Below are positions 23,501-36,092 of a stretch of 64,000 nucleotides of DNA, piece after piece. Each line of letters opens with the position of its first letter. The first letter of the stretch is position 1. The stretch lies in the NCBI GenBank assembly GCA_038496445.1, contig JALMLS010000208.1, positions 124,001 to 188,000 of the forward strand, read 5' to 3'. This stretch comes from Trichosphaerium sp. ATCC 40318 (Eukaryota; Protista; Tubulinea). A model generated the notes under the pieces. The model searched no databases. It had not been told where the DNA came from and worked only from the letters and a program-made list of their open reading frames with translations. Position numbers and translations under genes: made by a program.

Positions 23501-25823
23501 TCCATAAACATCTCTCAAGGCATCCTGGATCTCAACAACAGAGCTTATTTCTTCAAAAGATGTTTTCCGTGGTAAACCCATATTTTCTCTTACAGTGTTA
23601 TAGTCAGGTAATCCAACATCACGTCCACGATGAATATCAATAGAAAATAGATCAAATCCTTGTGTATTATCAAGAAACATAAAATTACGAAGATCATCTA
23701 TCATATGTGGTCCAACCTTAAAACAACAAAGAATTAGCAAGTAAAACAAAAAAAAGTATTTCGTTCTTATACACGTGCACAAAAAATAAAATTATTCATT
23801 AAACTGTTTGTTTCGTTTAAGTAGTTTGTTTGTAAAGAATTTCGGCGGGCGATTGCTTGCTACAAAGTAACAGAACAGCGAAAAAAAAGAAGAAAACAAG
23901 TAAATTTCATGAAAGCATTATAAAAGCGTTTACCTTTCCTCCCCTTGTATTAGCTGCTCCACGCAAGTAAGAAGCTTCAGCTTCTCCATTACTTGTACTC
24001 ATTTGTTTAAGATAAAGATCACTATTCCAAAATATATCACGCATTAGCACATGCCCTTCAGGTTCTTCATTGAGATCATTATCAAGACGACTGAAAATAC
24101 TACGTAAAGCACCATGACCATAGCGGAATCCAGCAGCAGTAAAGAAAATATCTATAGATGGATCCACAGTTGCATTATAACCTTTATAAAAAACAAACGT
24201 TTTAGGTAATGTAACCACGTGCTAAAACTGCCCAAAGAAAAAGTTGTTCGTTTCCACTCTTTGGGTTGTTAAGCAACAGCTTGAACTCAAATCGGTAGTC
24301 TGAATAAGTACGTACCTTTATAAGGAGGTAATGGTTCTCCAACAACTGCAGCAAGGTATTCCCTTGATGAAATTTTCTGCCAAATAGCAATAGTCATTCT
24401 CCTTGCTTCTTCAAACAAAGTTGTGTCGTCCAAGGTACTATTCGATAATTTTATCTCATCGCAACGACGGTTATGTTCTCTCATCCATAAAGAGTGTTGA
24501 GAGTAACCCATAGGATGAGCATTTACTCTAAAATCTCCTGCTGGTCGAAACGAACTTTGATCTCTTGCCAAAGTCGTGTTGAATCTAAAAACAACATTAA
24601 TACAACCCAGTAGATTACTCATTGGTTGTAGCTTCCACTCTGTATTTAACGTACTCTTCAGTGTAAGTGAGATTAAATTTACATCCCACAATAGAACTTA
24701 CATATTCAGTGTTACCATAAACCCACGAAAGATCAAGAAAATGTGTATGTCTATTTGACAGTTTTCTTATATTACTTGTAGAATTACCAGTTCCTGCAAC
24801 TGTTTCTCCTCTTTCAAAAGGTATGCTATGAGCGTTACCACTACAAGATGGTATAGGCATAACAGAATTACGCATACAACCTGTACCATTAACAACAGGC
24901 ACATGGTTATAAGCCTAAAATAAAACAAGTCAAATTTGTGCTTTACAAACAAAAAAATGCTCTATGGCACACAGCAAAAATAATCAATGTTTTCAATACC
25001 TAAAAATGTAGGACATATACACAATAAAATTCAAAATTGTACATGTACGTATTGAGCCAGAAATGAAAGCGGAGGTTTTACGTAAAACGAATAGTTTTTT
25101 TGTTAGATATGAGGTATTCAGATTGGCTTCAAAACTTACACGCTGAGCACCATCGTATGGTCCAATTGACATATCATGTGTATTATAACCATGTACTTTA
25201 TCGCATGTAGGTATATGAATAGGCATTTGGTCTTGACCTGTTGCCATAAAAGATATATCATTATTAATCATTTCAGCCCAATAAACAAGAAATTGATTTG
25301 CGAACACCGAGCTTGGTCCCATGTACGGAATCTCTGCGAAACGATTCCTTAATAGCATATTAGTGCTGTCTGCAAGACGAAGGAGTGTTGGGTGTAAAGT
25401 CAACATTCTACGAGATAAATATGTGTTTCGAGGCGTTGTGTACGATAGTTCTTCAGAGCTAATTTGGACAGAGAAAGCGTTTTAACGCCAAAAAAGGAAT
25501 TTGTTTTTTTCTGATTCGTATTTTAAGGTACACGTACGAAATATTGCGCGCAGCCATACGAGACGCGCCAGTAGGCGAGTTTACGCCATTTGCGTATAGT
25601 GGCAAGTTGTACGCATTAATAAAAGGAGACCAACTCTCACCGCGTGTCCTACCATCTGGTAGTACAGTGGCGCTATTGCCGTTGCCGGTTACAGAACGGT
25701 ACTCTATGTATCCTCAGGTCAGAAAAGATTCCTTTAGTTGACTTTACCTCTAGAATGCGCTAATACGCAGAATAACGCAATATATGATACCCAGCGTGTT
25801 GTTGTCGCAGTACGTTGGAGCAT
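20581..25823 (-). CDS. Fusion: signal peptide - animal-type heme-peroxidase-like domain - DOMON - class C GPCR 7TM - acidic tail
   Basis: Hand-spliced with all junctions in frame. Peroxidase motifs EYRSVTGNGN, THFLDLSWVYG, AGDFRVN, WMREHNR, FRYGH, IHRGRDVGLPDYN, RLRDGDRFWYEN. DOMON GWVGLGF..GTMADADI..YHG. 7TM C-AIEPWL, LFGRAWRFWRI, WTVVD, GYKLAFLLFGVFLAVRTR, FNDSKIIG. Confidence 0.88.
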
Positions 25824-26485
25824 TTTAGTAAAAACGAATCTACATGGGTTAAACTCGACGTAATATACAATTACCGAACGTTTCCGTGGTAAGATGTCTC
25901 TTTAGATCGTTTGCCCAAAAAGTACTTTGGTTTGGCGGTTTACAAGCGATAAATAATGTTACACTGTACCGCCACGAGGAGCTGGTTGCGTTATATTGTC
26001 TTTAAAGAAGTATGTGGACTACATTCAACTATCAACCGAAAAAAAAGACAACTGAACTACACTAACGCGTAGTGGAATAATGGTGCAGCCATTACGCCAT
26101 GAAACGATACAATTTACGCAAAAAAACTGTGCAAGTACTTAAAACGCAAGCAATAGCTATGCCATAATGTAAAGATACCTCAACGACTTATGGAAAGCAT
26201 TTTTACTAATTATTCGGTCCGTTTAGGGTATTTTTAGTTGAAATTCCAAAAAAACAATTCGAAAAAAAAAGCCTTTACGTTGTTGAGCGGCCACTAAAAA
26301 CGTTGCTTGTAACTTTACCAAAATCTCAGACGAATAGTTACTCACTTATAATTTAATAAAATCAAGCCAAAAGCAGTAGTTTCAGAGCCCTTTCCGAAGC
26401 AAAAAAAGTAAAACTGCTAAAAGTTTTTTTGTTAAAATTTTCAATGTTTTATTACATTTTTAACGCTGTTCAACACCAACAGTTA

Positions 26486-28368
26486 TTAAGCGCTCCACAA
26501 TCTCACTGTACCATCGAATGAAGCTGTAGCAAGATTATCTGTACCTGGCTTTCTGTACATATCTCTTATAGTATTTGTATGTCCCTTCAAAGACGTTATC
26601 TCCTTCTCATTTCCAACTCCAAAAATATGAACACGATGATCTTCAGCTGTCTAGGAAGCTTTGTAAGTTTCCCACATGGTATTAATTGATCTATTTTAGA
26701 ACTTACTGTGTATACAGATCCACCGTTTTCAGACCATTCACACCTTTTGATAAACAGTAAGACAACTGACTTTTGTTTTCATCGAAAAAAAGCTTGGGTT
26801 TAGGAAGATGTAACGTACTTTGGTGTACTCCATACATCGTTTTTCATACCATAAAAATTACGAACTTGATATGATGAAGCAGTTCGGAACATGATAAGTC
26901 TATGTTTGTCTAAGAGGTGGTAAGACTTTCTTTTTTTCGAACGATAAAAAAAAACCAACAAATTTTTTTGAATAACTTAAAGAACAAGCCTTGTATTACC
27001 TGTTGCAACAAGTAGGTACTTATCATCAGAAGATAGTTTAATATCCATTGCTGTGAATGATATAAAATCATCCCCATTTTGATTCATATTTACATAAGTG
27101 TCCTAGACCACAAAAGAAGTGAATAAAGTTATCATAGTAAAAATAGATTGTAAATTTCGTCATCACTGAAACATACCTCCAATGTCTCCAAGTTAATGTA
27201 ATGAAGAACACAATCACCTCTTACTGCAGCAATAAGTGTTTTACTGTCTTTTGTAAAGGCAAGGGACTCCACATTACCAACAAAACTGTAATTCTTTATG
27301 AACTTATACTTGCCCTGTTTTTTTCAGAGAAAAAATTAAAACCAAAAAAACATATTTGACTAATCATCAGTACTAACCTCATTCTCTGGATCTCTTTGAT
27401 ACAAACGTACAGAGTGATCATAAGAAGCAGTTGCAAAAAAATTACCATCTGGAGACCATTTAATAGCAATAACATATTTTCCGTGATCTTTCCATTGTTG
27501 TATAACTGCATCTTTTATATCTGGTTTACTAACATCCAATAAATAATGAGAATGATCCATAAGTCCTGCTAGTAGTATATTTTCATCTAAGAAAGTAAAG
27601 TTAATCGATTATCTTGACATGATTACCGTAATTGTTCATTTTAGAAAATTAGAATTTTTTAGTCTAATTTGGAAAAGATTGTTTTTAGGTGCCTACCTGT
27701 TGGGTGATAGTCCAATGATATTGCTCCAGCACGTCCTAGAGAGTACTTATGTTTTACTTCGTCCTTCTCTAAATCGTAAATCGCCAGTGTACGGTCTCCA
27801 GAAGCAGAAGCCAACAATTCTATTAATCGCGATAAAAAGTCAGCTTCGCGAATTGCGCCATGTGGTTTAAAATGGAATTTACATGGATCAATACGATATA
27901 ATATGGCGTGAGTGCATAAAAGATATAGTTTGACAGCGTATTGCATCAAAGGAAAAAACTTTCGAAAATTACACTGAAAACTTGATGCAAAATGCTTTTG
28001 TATGTTCCCTTACGCTAGATATCGTTTTAAAATAGTCAATACGTACCTTTATGGGGAGAATAACGAACTGCAAGCACTGAGGCAGAATGAACGCCTTTGA
28101 TCTCTTTGGTACATTGTTTGATGTGTTTATCCGCGTTTAGGGATAGCTAGATGCCAATTACAATTAATTCAAGCGTTAACATGCGTAATAATCAACGACA
28201 TACCAATCTTTGGCGTTCAGAAGGTATTTTAGAATCGTTATAGCCTTTGAACTCTTCAAGTAGCGCTGTTTTTGTTTTTTCGAACCCCAGATTATCTAAA
28301 CACTCTAGCATCCATCCTACCTTTGCCTCAGTCGAAAATTTATCAATAGATTGCTGTTCTTCACTCAT
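26486..28368 (-). CDS. WD40-repeat protein with a possible N-terminal LisH-like motif
   Basis: HGKYVIAIKWSPDGNFFATASYDHSVRLY, LASASGDRTLAIYD and ASFDGTVRLWSA*; multi-exon. Confidence 0.85.
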
Positions 28369-28472
28369 CGTGTACTGTTGTAATAATAAACTGAAATTTC
28401 TGGGGTTTTGGCTTCAGCACCAAAAAGGTTTGACTGGCAAATGCCACATCAACGAGCAATCGAATTAACGTT

Positions 28473-29444
28473 ATGTCTAAGGAATACAAGGTTGAGGCGA
28501 TATTGGGCGAGCGTAAACGAGGCGTATGTGGTTAATCTAACGGATTTTTACTAATGGTACGGTTTTTTTAGAGGATAATAGAGTATAACGTATCTTGGGT
28601 TGGATATGATGAGACTACATGGTACTTGGCGGTTTATGATTATTTTGTTTAAAAGTTAAAAGGGAGCCCGCAAAGCACTTGAAAGACAATGGCAAGTTCA
28701 ATAATTACGTACACAGCGTCTTTTATAATTTTATTCAACCGCTACTTTATTTAATCACCAAACAAACAGATGACGCACAAAAAAGTACCAACAAGCGACC
28801 TTACTGTCCACGAACTAAAAAAAAAATTATCAATGAGAGGATTATCTTCAAAGGTGGTTTATGACTTGCAAACTCTTTTGCTTAATTCTTTTGATTAGGG
28901 CCGTAAGCGTACACTTGTTACACGACTTGATAATGCTTTGAAGAAAGCAGCAGAAAGACCATCAAAAAAGCAAAAAAAGTCACATGTAGAAACACGTAAT
29001 GAGCAAGAAGACCAGCACTGTTATATTCTTGTTGGAAGTTACAAAAGTGAAGTTGAAACATTCGATCATCATATTTGGGAAGATAGCTATACAAAGAACA
29101 TCAGAAGAGCTCAAGAAGCAGCTGTTGAACAAATAGAATTTAAGTCAAAATACTCTGATGATAACATATATTTATCACGTGACTCATTTCTAGCAGAAGG
29201 AGAGAAACTGTTCAACGAGTATTTTGAAAACTACGCTAAAGCTGATAATGAAGATATCACTCCAGAAGAGATAGAGAAGCTTAAAGAGTCTCATGTAGAA
29301 AAAAAGGAATTAGTTATCAACAGAGAGAAGATGTTTTGGTCTTTTAAAACAATACAACCTTACAGATGTAAAGAACTTGAGTACCTTCATGATGCATCAT
29401 ATAGAATTGCTATAAAGGCCGAAACTAAAAATGTAGTACAATAA
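28473..29444 (+). CDS. Chromodomain-containing protein
   Basis: Spliced MSKEYKVEAILGERKRG/RIIEYNVSWVGYDETTW/EPAKHLKDNG (aromatic-cage chromodomain), then a basic linker and a long last exon. Confidence 0.8.
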
Positions 29445-29789
29445 ACAAACCTCATACCCATTCCCCAACAGCGCCTTCACCTGTCCAAACAACCTCTCCT
29501 ACGCGGTTGTAAAGTCAAGTTGGGAATTCCTTGTTGAAAGCCTGATAGAACAAAATCACTAAGCAAACTCTGACTTATGTATTTCTTATCGATCAGTGAA
29601 CAGCCTTTAGTAATTTCGCTTTAGCGCAACTTCTCGTATTGGCACGTACATTCCCTACATATTTCTTTGCTAGCACTAGCACAGGGCAACGCGCCGTTTT
29701 TTTCGCTACACAAAACGGTAGTACCCCTTGACCACACGTGACACTTTAAGAACACTAGCATAATATAGCGCTAGCAGAACAGTAACACA

Positions 29790-30354
29790 ATGAGTCTTCA
29801 GGTGCGCATCAGAAAAGGTACAGTGGGAGAGTTACTTATGTTGGCAGGTGGTAGAAGAAAGCGATGGCGGTAAAGGAGTTTGGATGTGGCTATTTGACGC
29901 TGTTTTTGAAGAAGTTGACGATGAAGAAAACGAAGAAACTTACGAAATAAAACATACCGAAGGAAAGCTGCTTGGTGGTGGCAAAGGAAGCGGTACATGT
30001 TTTTTACACTAGCAGTTCCTACTAAAAAAATCTCTCCCTAAAACCTCCTAAAATATTTTTCTACGTGTATTATAGCGTCTATCAAACTTGTATCACGTGA
30101 TCAGCACGCTATCGAAAGTTTTAAAAAAATTTTAACGACATCACTATTTTACGCTGTCTGTCTTTTCAATCAATTCACATGTTTTTAATCTGCTTATACG
30201 TTATTTAGGTACTTGTACTGAATGCGCTTGTTGCTTTTTTTGTACTCCATGTTACGCATGCGGTAAGGTATGACAAAATATCCACAAATATTATTTCCGA
30301 AACTTGTCTGTGCTCAACCAATGACCACTTACGTCATGGTTGTGTTAGACTTGA
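29790..30354 (+). CDS. Small Cys-rich protein, PLAC8-like N-terminus (tentative)
   Basis: Spliced MSLQ/VVEESDGGKGVWMWLFDAVFEE...GGGKGS/GTCTECACCFFCTPCYACGK/T*. The 3' end is uncertain. Confidence 0.4.
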
Positions 30355-31019
30355 GATAATATTGTTTTTGTTGTTGACGGGTTTTAGTGTATGGATCAAA
30401 ATACATGTGGCGGATGTTTATGTTGTTTTTTTTGTATGCCTTGCTATGCTTGTGCTAAATGTCTTAATGCTAAATAAAACAATCAATTCTAAAATAAGTA
30501 CAAGATTACTCAGAAACACGTGCAATCTAAAGTTCCATGTTTGTTGTATTTATGATTCAAACTAATGATTGTACTTAGAAGCTCTGCAACCAACAGGTCA
30601 ATATCAGGGTAAGTGCAAGGTGTGCCGTGTCATTTGTATTAAGAGGAGTCTTCGTCTTTTTTGAGGTGTACAGCCTCAAATTTATGGTCAACTAATCGGT
30701 AAAGGTCTTTGGCATTGGATCGACAGATTATCCGTTCATCCAAGCTGCTATTCTGTCAAAATGAATGAGGAAGCTAACAACGTTGAGTGAAAAAATATCC
30801 TTAATACTAAACTGTTACAACCTTAACTTAACTTACAGCTGTGCTAATCTGTAAACATGTCTCGTGACACTATCGACAGTAACCACAATATGAAAAAACC
30901 AAGAATACAAATCCTTAATTTAGAAAGTGATGACGAAATCAACAGTCACCACTTAAAACAACAAAGTTAAGTGCTGACGTTGTCAAAACATTTTTTTCAA
31001 CAAAACCCCAACAAACCGA

Positions 31020-32447
31020 ATGAAAAACCTCAAATCAATACTATCAATAATGTCTATTGCGCTGATAACACTTTTCGTTTTGTTTTGTACAATCAATGTA
31101 CACAGCAACGATATGGCCCAAAGAGTGCGACACACGTGCAATAATTTCGTTGTTTTTCACCATTAAAGCATTAACGTTTTGTTGGTTGTTAATTAACGCA
31201 TTTTTCTAGGTTGTACCGGACACAATTAAAGAAAACTCAAAGCAGGCATTCGCAAGTATAGGGGTTAGTGAATCAGTTTCCTCAGCTCAAAGTATACCAC
31301 ATACAGCAAGCAGGAAGGTAAATAAAGAAGCTATGTCAAGAGGCCAAAGAGGTGAACCTGATGTAATGAGACGTCATATTATTTATAAAGGAGATGTTAA
31401 GCTTCAATGTGAAATCGGCATGATTACGAGAACTATCAGTAAAATCGAGGCACGTGTTGAGCTGTTATGAATTCTATGTTTAACTTCTTAGCTATATAGG
31501 ATGATGTTACGTCACTGAGGGGTAGAATATCATCAAGCAATGTACATAAATCGCAGTATACAGCTACATATAAAATTCCAGTCGAGAAGTTCCGAGATTT
31601 TATTGCTCTTGTTAAAACTCGTGCTGATACAACCAGTGTCTATATATCAAGCGAAGATGTAACAGAAAAATACCAAGACTTATTGTCAGAATTGCAAGCG
31701 ACAAACGTACGGCTCAACCAAAAGCTTCGTCTTTGATTTTTTGTTAGAAAACATACCAAGCCTTTGTTAAAATACTTGAAGAAAAAGCAAATACAGTTGA
31801 TGACATACTAAAGGTAAGCTTATATTATATTCGTTTAAAACACAGCGAAGTTTTATTAGAGCGCTTCTGTGTAATGTTGTTAAAGGCACTGATTTTTTAT
31901 GTGATTTCGAAGTTCACATTTTTTCAACAGTGTGTTGTGCCCAAGATTCATTTTGGGCTATCACGTTTTTGAGTTTATTGACTTACCTTTTCATATTAGA
32001 CAAGAAGAGAAATGGACACTTTCCTAAAACGACTAGATGTGTTGAAAGGAAAACTAAAATACTTATCATCAAAAACGGAAATGTCAACAATCACGATAAC
32101 TTTAGTCGAGAAAACAGCTCTTTCTGAGCCATCACAATGGAAAAAATGGTATCCCACTAAAATTGTTAATAAGGCACTTTCATGGCAATATGGTACGCCA
32201 GTGTATTAGAGAATACTGCGGGTTTTTTGCTCTTTTTTCTGACATCTTATCGCTGTAAACATGTGCAAGAAAATCTTTTCATCTAATGTTTTCTTGATTA
32301 GGACTGTTGTTGCATGTTATGGATTTTATTCTATATCTCATAGTGTTTCTTCCTCTTATTTTGATTGTAATAGGCCTTGTGGTTTCTTTTTTCTTTGTTG
32401 TTGATAAGATAGAACAAAGACTAAGAGCTGCTAAGCAGAGAGATTAA
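31020..32447 (+). CDS. DUF4349-like protein (N-terminal signal, coiled coil, C-terminal TM)
   Basis: RHIIYKGDVKL...YKIPVEKFRDFI...SSEDVTEKYQDL...TVDDILK...LKGKLKYLSSKTEMSTITITLVE, followed by a hydrophobic C-terminus; about 6 introns. Confidence 0.75.
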
Positions 32448-32711
32448 TAAAACTTCTCTATTGATATGTTTTCTCAATAACCAATTTAATAAACACTTAA
32501 ATGTCGATAGCAGTAAAATATTCAATATTATTAGATAACGCATTGACTGCCATCAATAATACAATTCTCTTTGGCTTGCATAGGAGAAGAAATGTTGCTT
32601 TGAACCAAAGGTATTTCTCGTTTTTTTCTGTTTTATTGTACATACAGTTTTTGTCTCAGCCTCGATTTTTGGCAAGCGGACCTCACCTACACCTCTGTAT
32701 AAGTAACCTAC

Positions 32712-32795
32712 GCATGTTTGACCGAGTGGTTTATGGTGAACGGTTTAGGTCCGTTTGGGAGACATCCCGCGCAGGTTCGAATCCTGCAACATGCA
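32712..32795 (+). tRNA. tRNA-Leu (anticodon UAG)
   Basis: Acceptor gcatgtt/aacatgc + A, D-loop gagtgg, anticodon stem aacgg/ccgtt with loop tt-tag-gt, long variable arm, T-arm gcagg-ttcgaat-cctgc. Confidence 0.92.
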
Positions 32796-33618
32796 ATTTT
32801 GCACTGACTTACTATAACAGAAAAAAAACACAACAAATAACATTACAGTGTAAGCGTTTTGTAGTTGAAATCATTTGAGAAGGAACATTTTACGGTAGCC
32901 AAAACAAATGTTGTCCAGTTACAGAAGATAAGCGTACTACTAGTTACAATTGGATATTATTTTACTCGCGCAGTACTGCTCAGTGCGTTTCTTTGTCTTC
33001 AACATTATAGCGGTTGTGATGCCAATCCGACAGTAACATGAAGATAATGATAGCAAGTACAATGTTAAACTTATCAACATCCCTCGGGAACAAAGCAACT
33101 GAAAAGCGCATGGTGCCTTAATAACTTGGCTAAGTGAACACAACACTTTATTTTAAACCAGCAACAAGAGCATTACGCATTAGAGTGGTGTTTGGCTTGT
33201 AAGAACGAAATGTAAGTATCACGTGATTTTTACTTTGATAGCAAAGCTGCTTTCGTTTAAGTTTAAAACCTAATCATGTCTATTTTTTGAGTTTTAATCG
33301 GTTACAACGCATTTCGTAAATTTTTTAAACCCCAATCACGTATTTTATTCAATGCTGCAGTGGCAGGGTTTTTATTATTACATGACCACGGTGATTTCTA
33401 CGGGTTAGGTCGCTACATTTTGTGAAATTGGGAACCAGTTATTATATTAAAAAAAATAAGAATCTATTCATTGAATTTTGGTAGCCTTTTGTTCACAACT
33501 TAATTTCAATCGTTGCTGTAATTTCGCGGAATGTAGTGCAACCCCACTTGATATAGGATGTTACTAAATGTTTTTGTAGACAAATAGTTTCGCAAGTAAG
33601 CGTGCTAAAGTGGTAACA

Positions 33619-36092
33619 ATGGGTATAGCACATCAAAAGTTTGTATGTGATGATGGTAGTGTGTATGTTGGCGAATTTCAAGACGACACATTCCATGGTA
33701 AAGGAGAGATGACGTACGCAAATGGAGATGTATATTGTGGCCAATTTAAAGACGGAGAACGTCATGGTTTTGGAGAGCTTACATACGCTAATGGTATAGT
33801 TTGTTGGCAAGTTTATAGATAACAATCGTACAGATAAAGGAGAGTACACATGGCCTAATGGAGATAGATATGTCGGAGAATTTAAGTACAATAAATGTAA
33901 TAGCAAAGGGGAGTTTATGTATGCGAATGGACATAAGTATAAGGGAGAATTTATAAATAACAGACGTACTGGTAAAGGAGAATATAAATGGGAGAATGGA
34001 GAAAAATATGTAGGTGAATTTAAGGACAATAAGTTCAGTGGTCATGGAGAGTTTACATATCAAGATGGAGGAAAACATATTGGTGAATATAAAGATAATG
34101 AACGCAACGGATATGGAGAGGTGTTGTATGCGAATGGAAATAAGTACGCAGGTCAATTTAGATATGATAAACGAAATGGATTAGGTGAGTTGAAGTGGAA
34201 GAATGGGAATAAATATATCGGTTGTTTTAAAAATGATGAGCGTACCGGTAAAGGAAAGCTTATCTGGGGAAGTGGTAATAAATATATCGGTGATTTTAAA
34301 GAAGGTAAACGTAGTGGCAAAGGAGTGTTTGTGTTCGTAAATGGAGACAAGTATGTCGGAGAATTTGAAGATGACAAACGTGATGGTAAAGGAGAATGTA
34401 AATGGGTTGATGGAAGAAAATATAGTGGTGAATTTAAAGATAACAGACGCACTGGTAAAGGAGAATATACTTTGGCAAACGGAGATAAATATGTCGGTGA
34501 ATTTAGAGACAATGAATTCAATGGCAAAGGAAAGTTTACATGCAAAGATGGAATGAAGTATGTTGGTGAATTTGAGAATGATAAATTTATCAAAGGAGAG
34601 ATTATATACAGAAATGGAGATAAGTGTATTGGGCAGTTTAAAGATAACAAATGTAATGGAACAGGAGAGTTTATTTGGGCAGATGGGAAAAGATATATTG
34701 GCGAATTTAAAGACAATAAGTTCAATGGTAAAGGAAAGCTCATTTATAGAGATGGAAGTAAATATACTGGTGAATATAAAGATGATAAACGTAATGGATA
34801 TGGAGAGTTTTTATATTCAAATGGAACAAGATACAAAGGTCAGTTTAAAGACAACAAGTTTAATGGTTCTGGGTGTATGTGGTTAATTGATGGCACCACA
34901 TTGAGCGGTACATGGTTAAAAGGAGGTATAGTTGGAACCGGTACAATGGCTTTTCTTGAATCTAAGGATATTGAAGCAACATACTTGATACAAGGAACAA
35001 AGTTGGTTACTTTTCTCAATGAATATGAAGTAACAGATAATCCCTTTACACTCTCATGTGTCCTCCACAAAGAATCTATCCAACCGTTGTCCTGGACTTA
35101 TAAGCAAGTGTTGTTTGTACTATTCAAGATAGATCCAAAGCTTGCTCTTATGTTAAGAGAACAACGGTTAAGGTACGTTTTTTAGGCAAGAATGTACTCA
35201 CTTTTTGCATAGTGGTAGAGATTTCTTGGAGTTAGACAAAACTGCACTTGTATCAATGATAAATGTACCTTTAGAATATGCAAACAAACTTCTAGACTAC
35301 ACAGCGAACTTGAAAAAAGGTACAACAGAAAACAAATACGTGTCTGACATAACAGTAGTCCTCCCTTCAACATACAATGAGCCGAAAACAAAATCAGTAA
35401 CAAATAGTCATATGTCTTTAAAAAATATGCGTTCAAAGTTGAAAGCAGACCCAAAAGATAATTTATTGTCAAAAGCATGTGTTGATCTTGATTATGAGTA
35501 TACCAAGTTTGGATCTGAGCCTGAACATTTAGATATTATTCAAAACGCCATTGAATACATTCAAATACAACAAGAAGATCAAGTATGGTTCTGAATTTTT
35601 TACAGTTTAAACTGCTGACAGAGTACCCAATTTTAGGCGAATGAAACACGTGATAATATTAATACTTCAGCCGGCACTGTTACTTCTCGTGATGCTTCAT
35701 ATTCATCTGATAGCATGGATGACTTTATTTCCAAGAATTCTTGGACTGATAAATCCAATGTTTCTGTTGTAACCAAGGTACAGATTGCACTGTTGGTTAT
35801 GAGTCTATTAACCCTTGTTTAGCCAAGCGTCTCTCATGATTATGATACTCAATCAGTGACTCCTTTAACTACAAGTGAAGAGGTACTAAACAATTGGAAG
35901 TTGCTACTAGTAAGCTTGGGAATTGGAAACCAACGAGCTAGTGAACTTGGACCATTAATGAATGACGCAGGAGTAGAACTACATGAAATTAATCAAAGGT
36001 TACTAAAAGAACTTGGATTTAATGCTAGCGAGCGTGTCAAAGTTTTAAGAGCTAGGAACAAAGACAGAAAGAATAAGGGAAGCAATAAATAA
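33619..36092 (+). CDS. MORN-repeat protein with C-terminal SAM-like domains; frameshift near 33797
   Basis: About 19 YxGEFKDxKxxGKGxxxxxNGxK repeats. Spliced C-terminus WTYKQVL...EQRLSGRDFLELDK..L and ELHEINQRLLKELGFNASERVKVL are SAM-like. Confidence 0.75.

Noticed and set aside
29453-29545. Minus-strand AFNKEFPT*LYNRVGEVVW with in-frame TGA (selenoprotein?)
   Set aside because: No recognisable family, redox motif, upstream exon or SECIS.
33493-35070. Long minus-strand ORFs (LSLNSP repeats) and alternative-frame ORFs
   Set aside because: Shadows of the MORN repeat gene. The same applies at 19184-19962 and 50991-51698.
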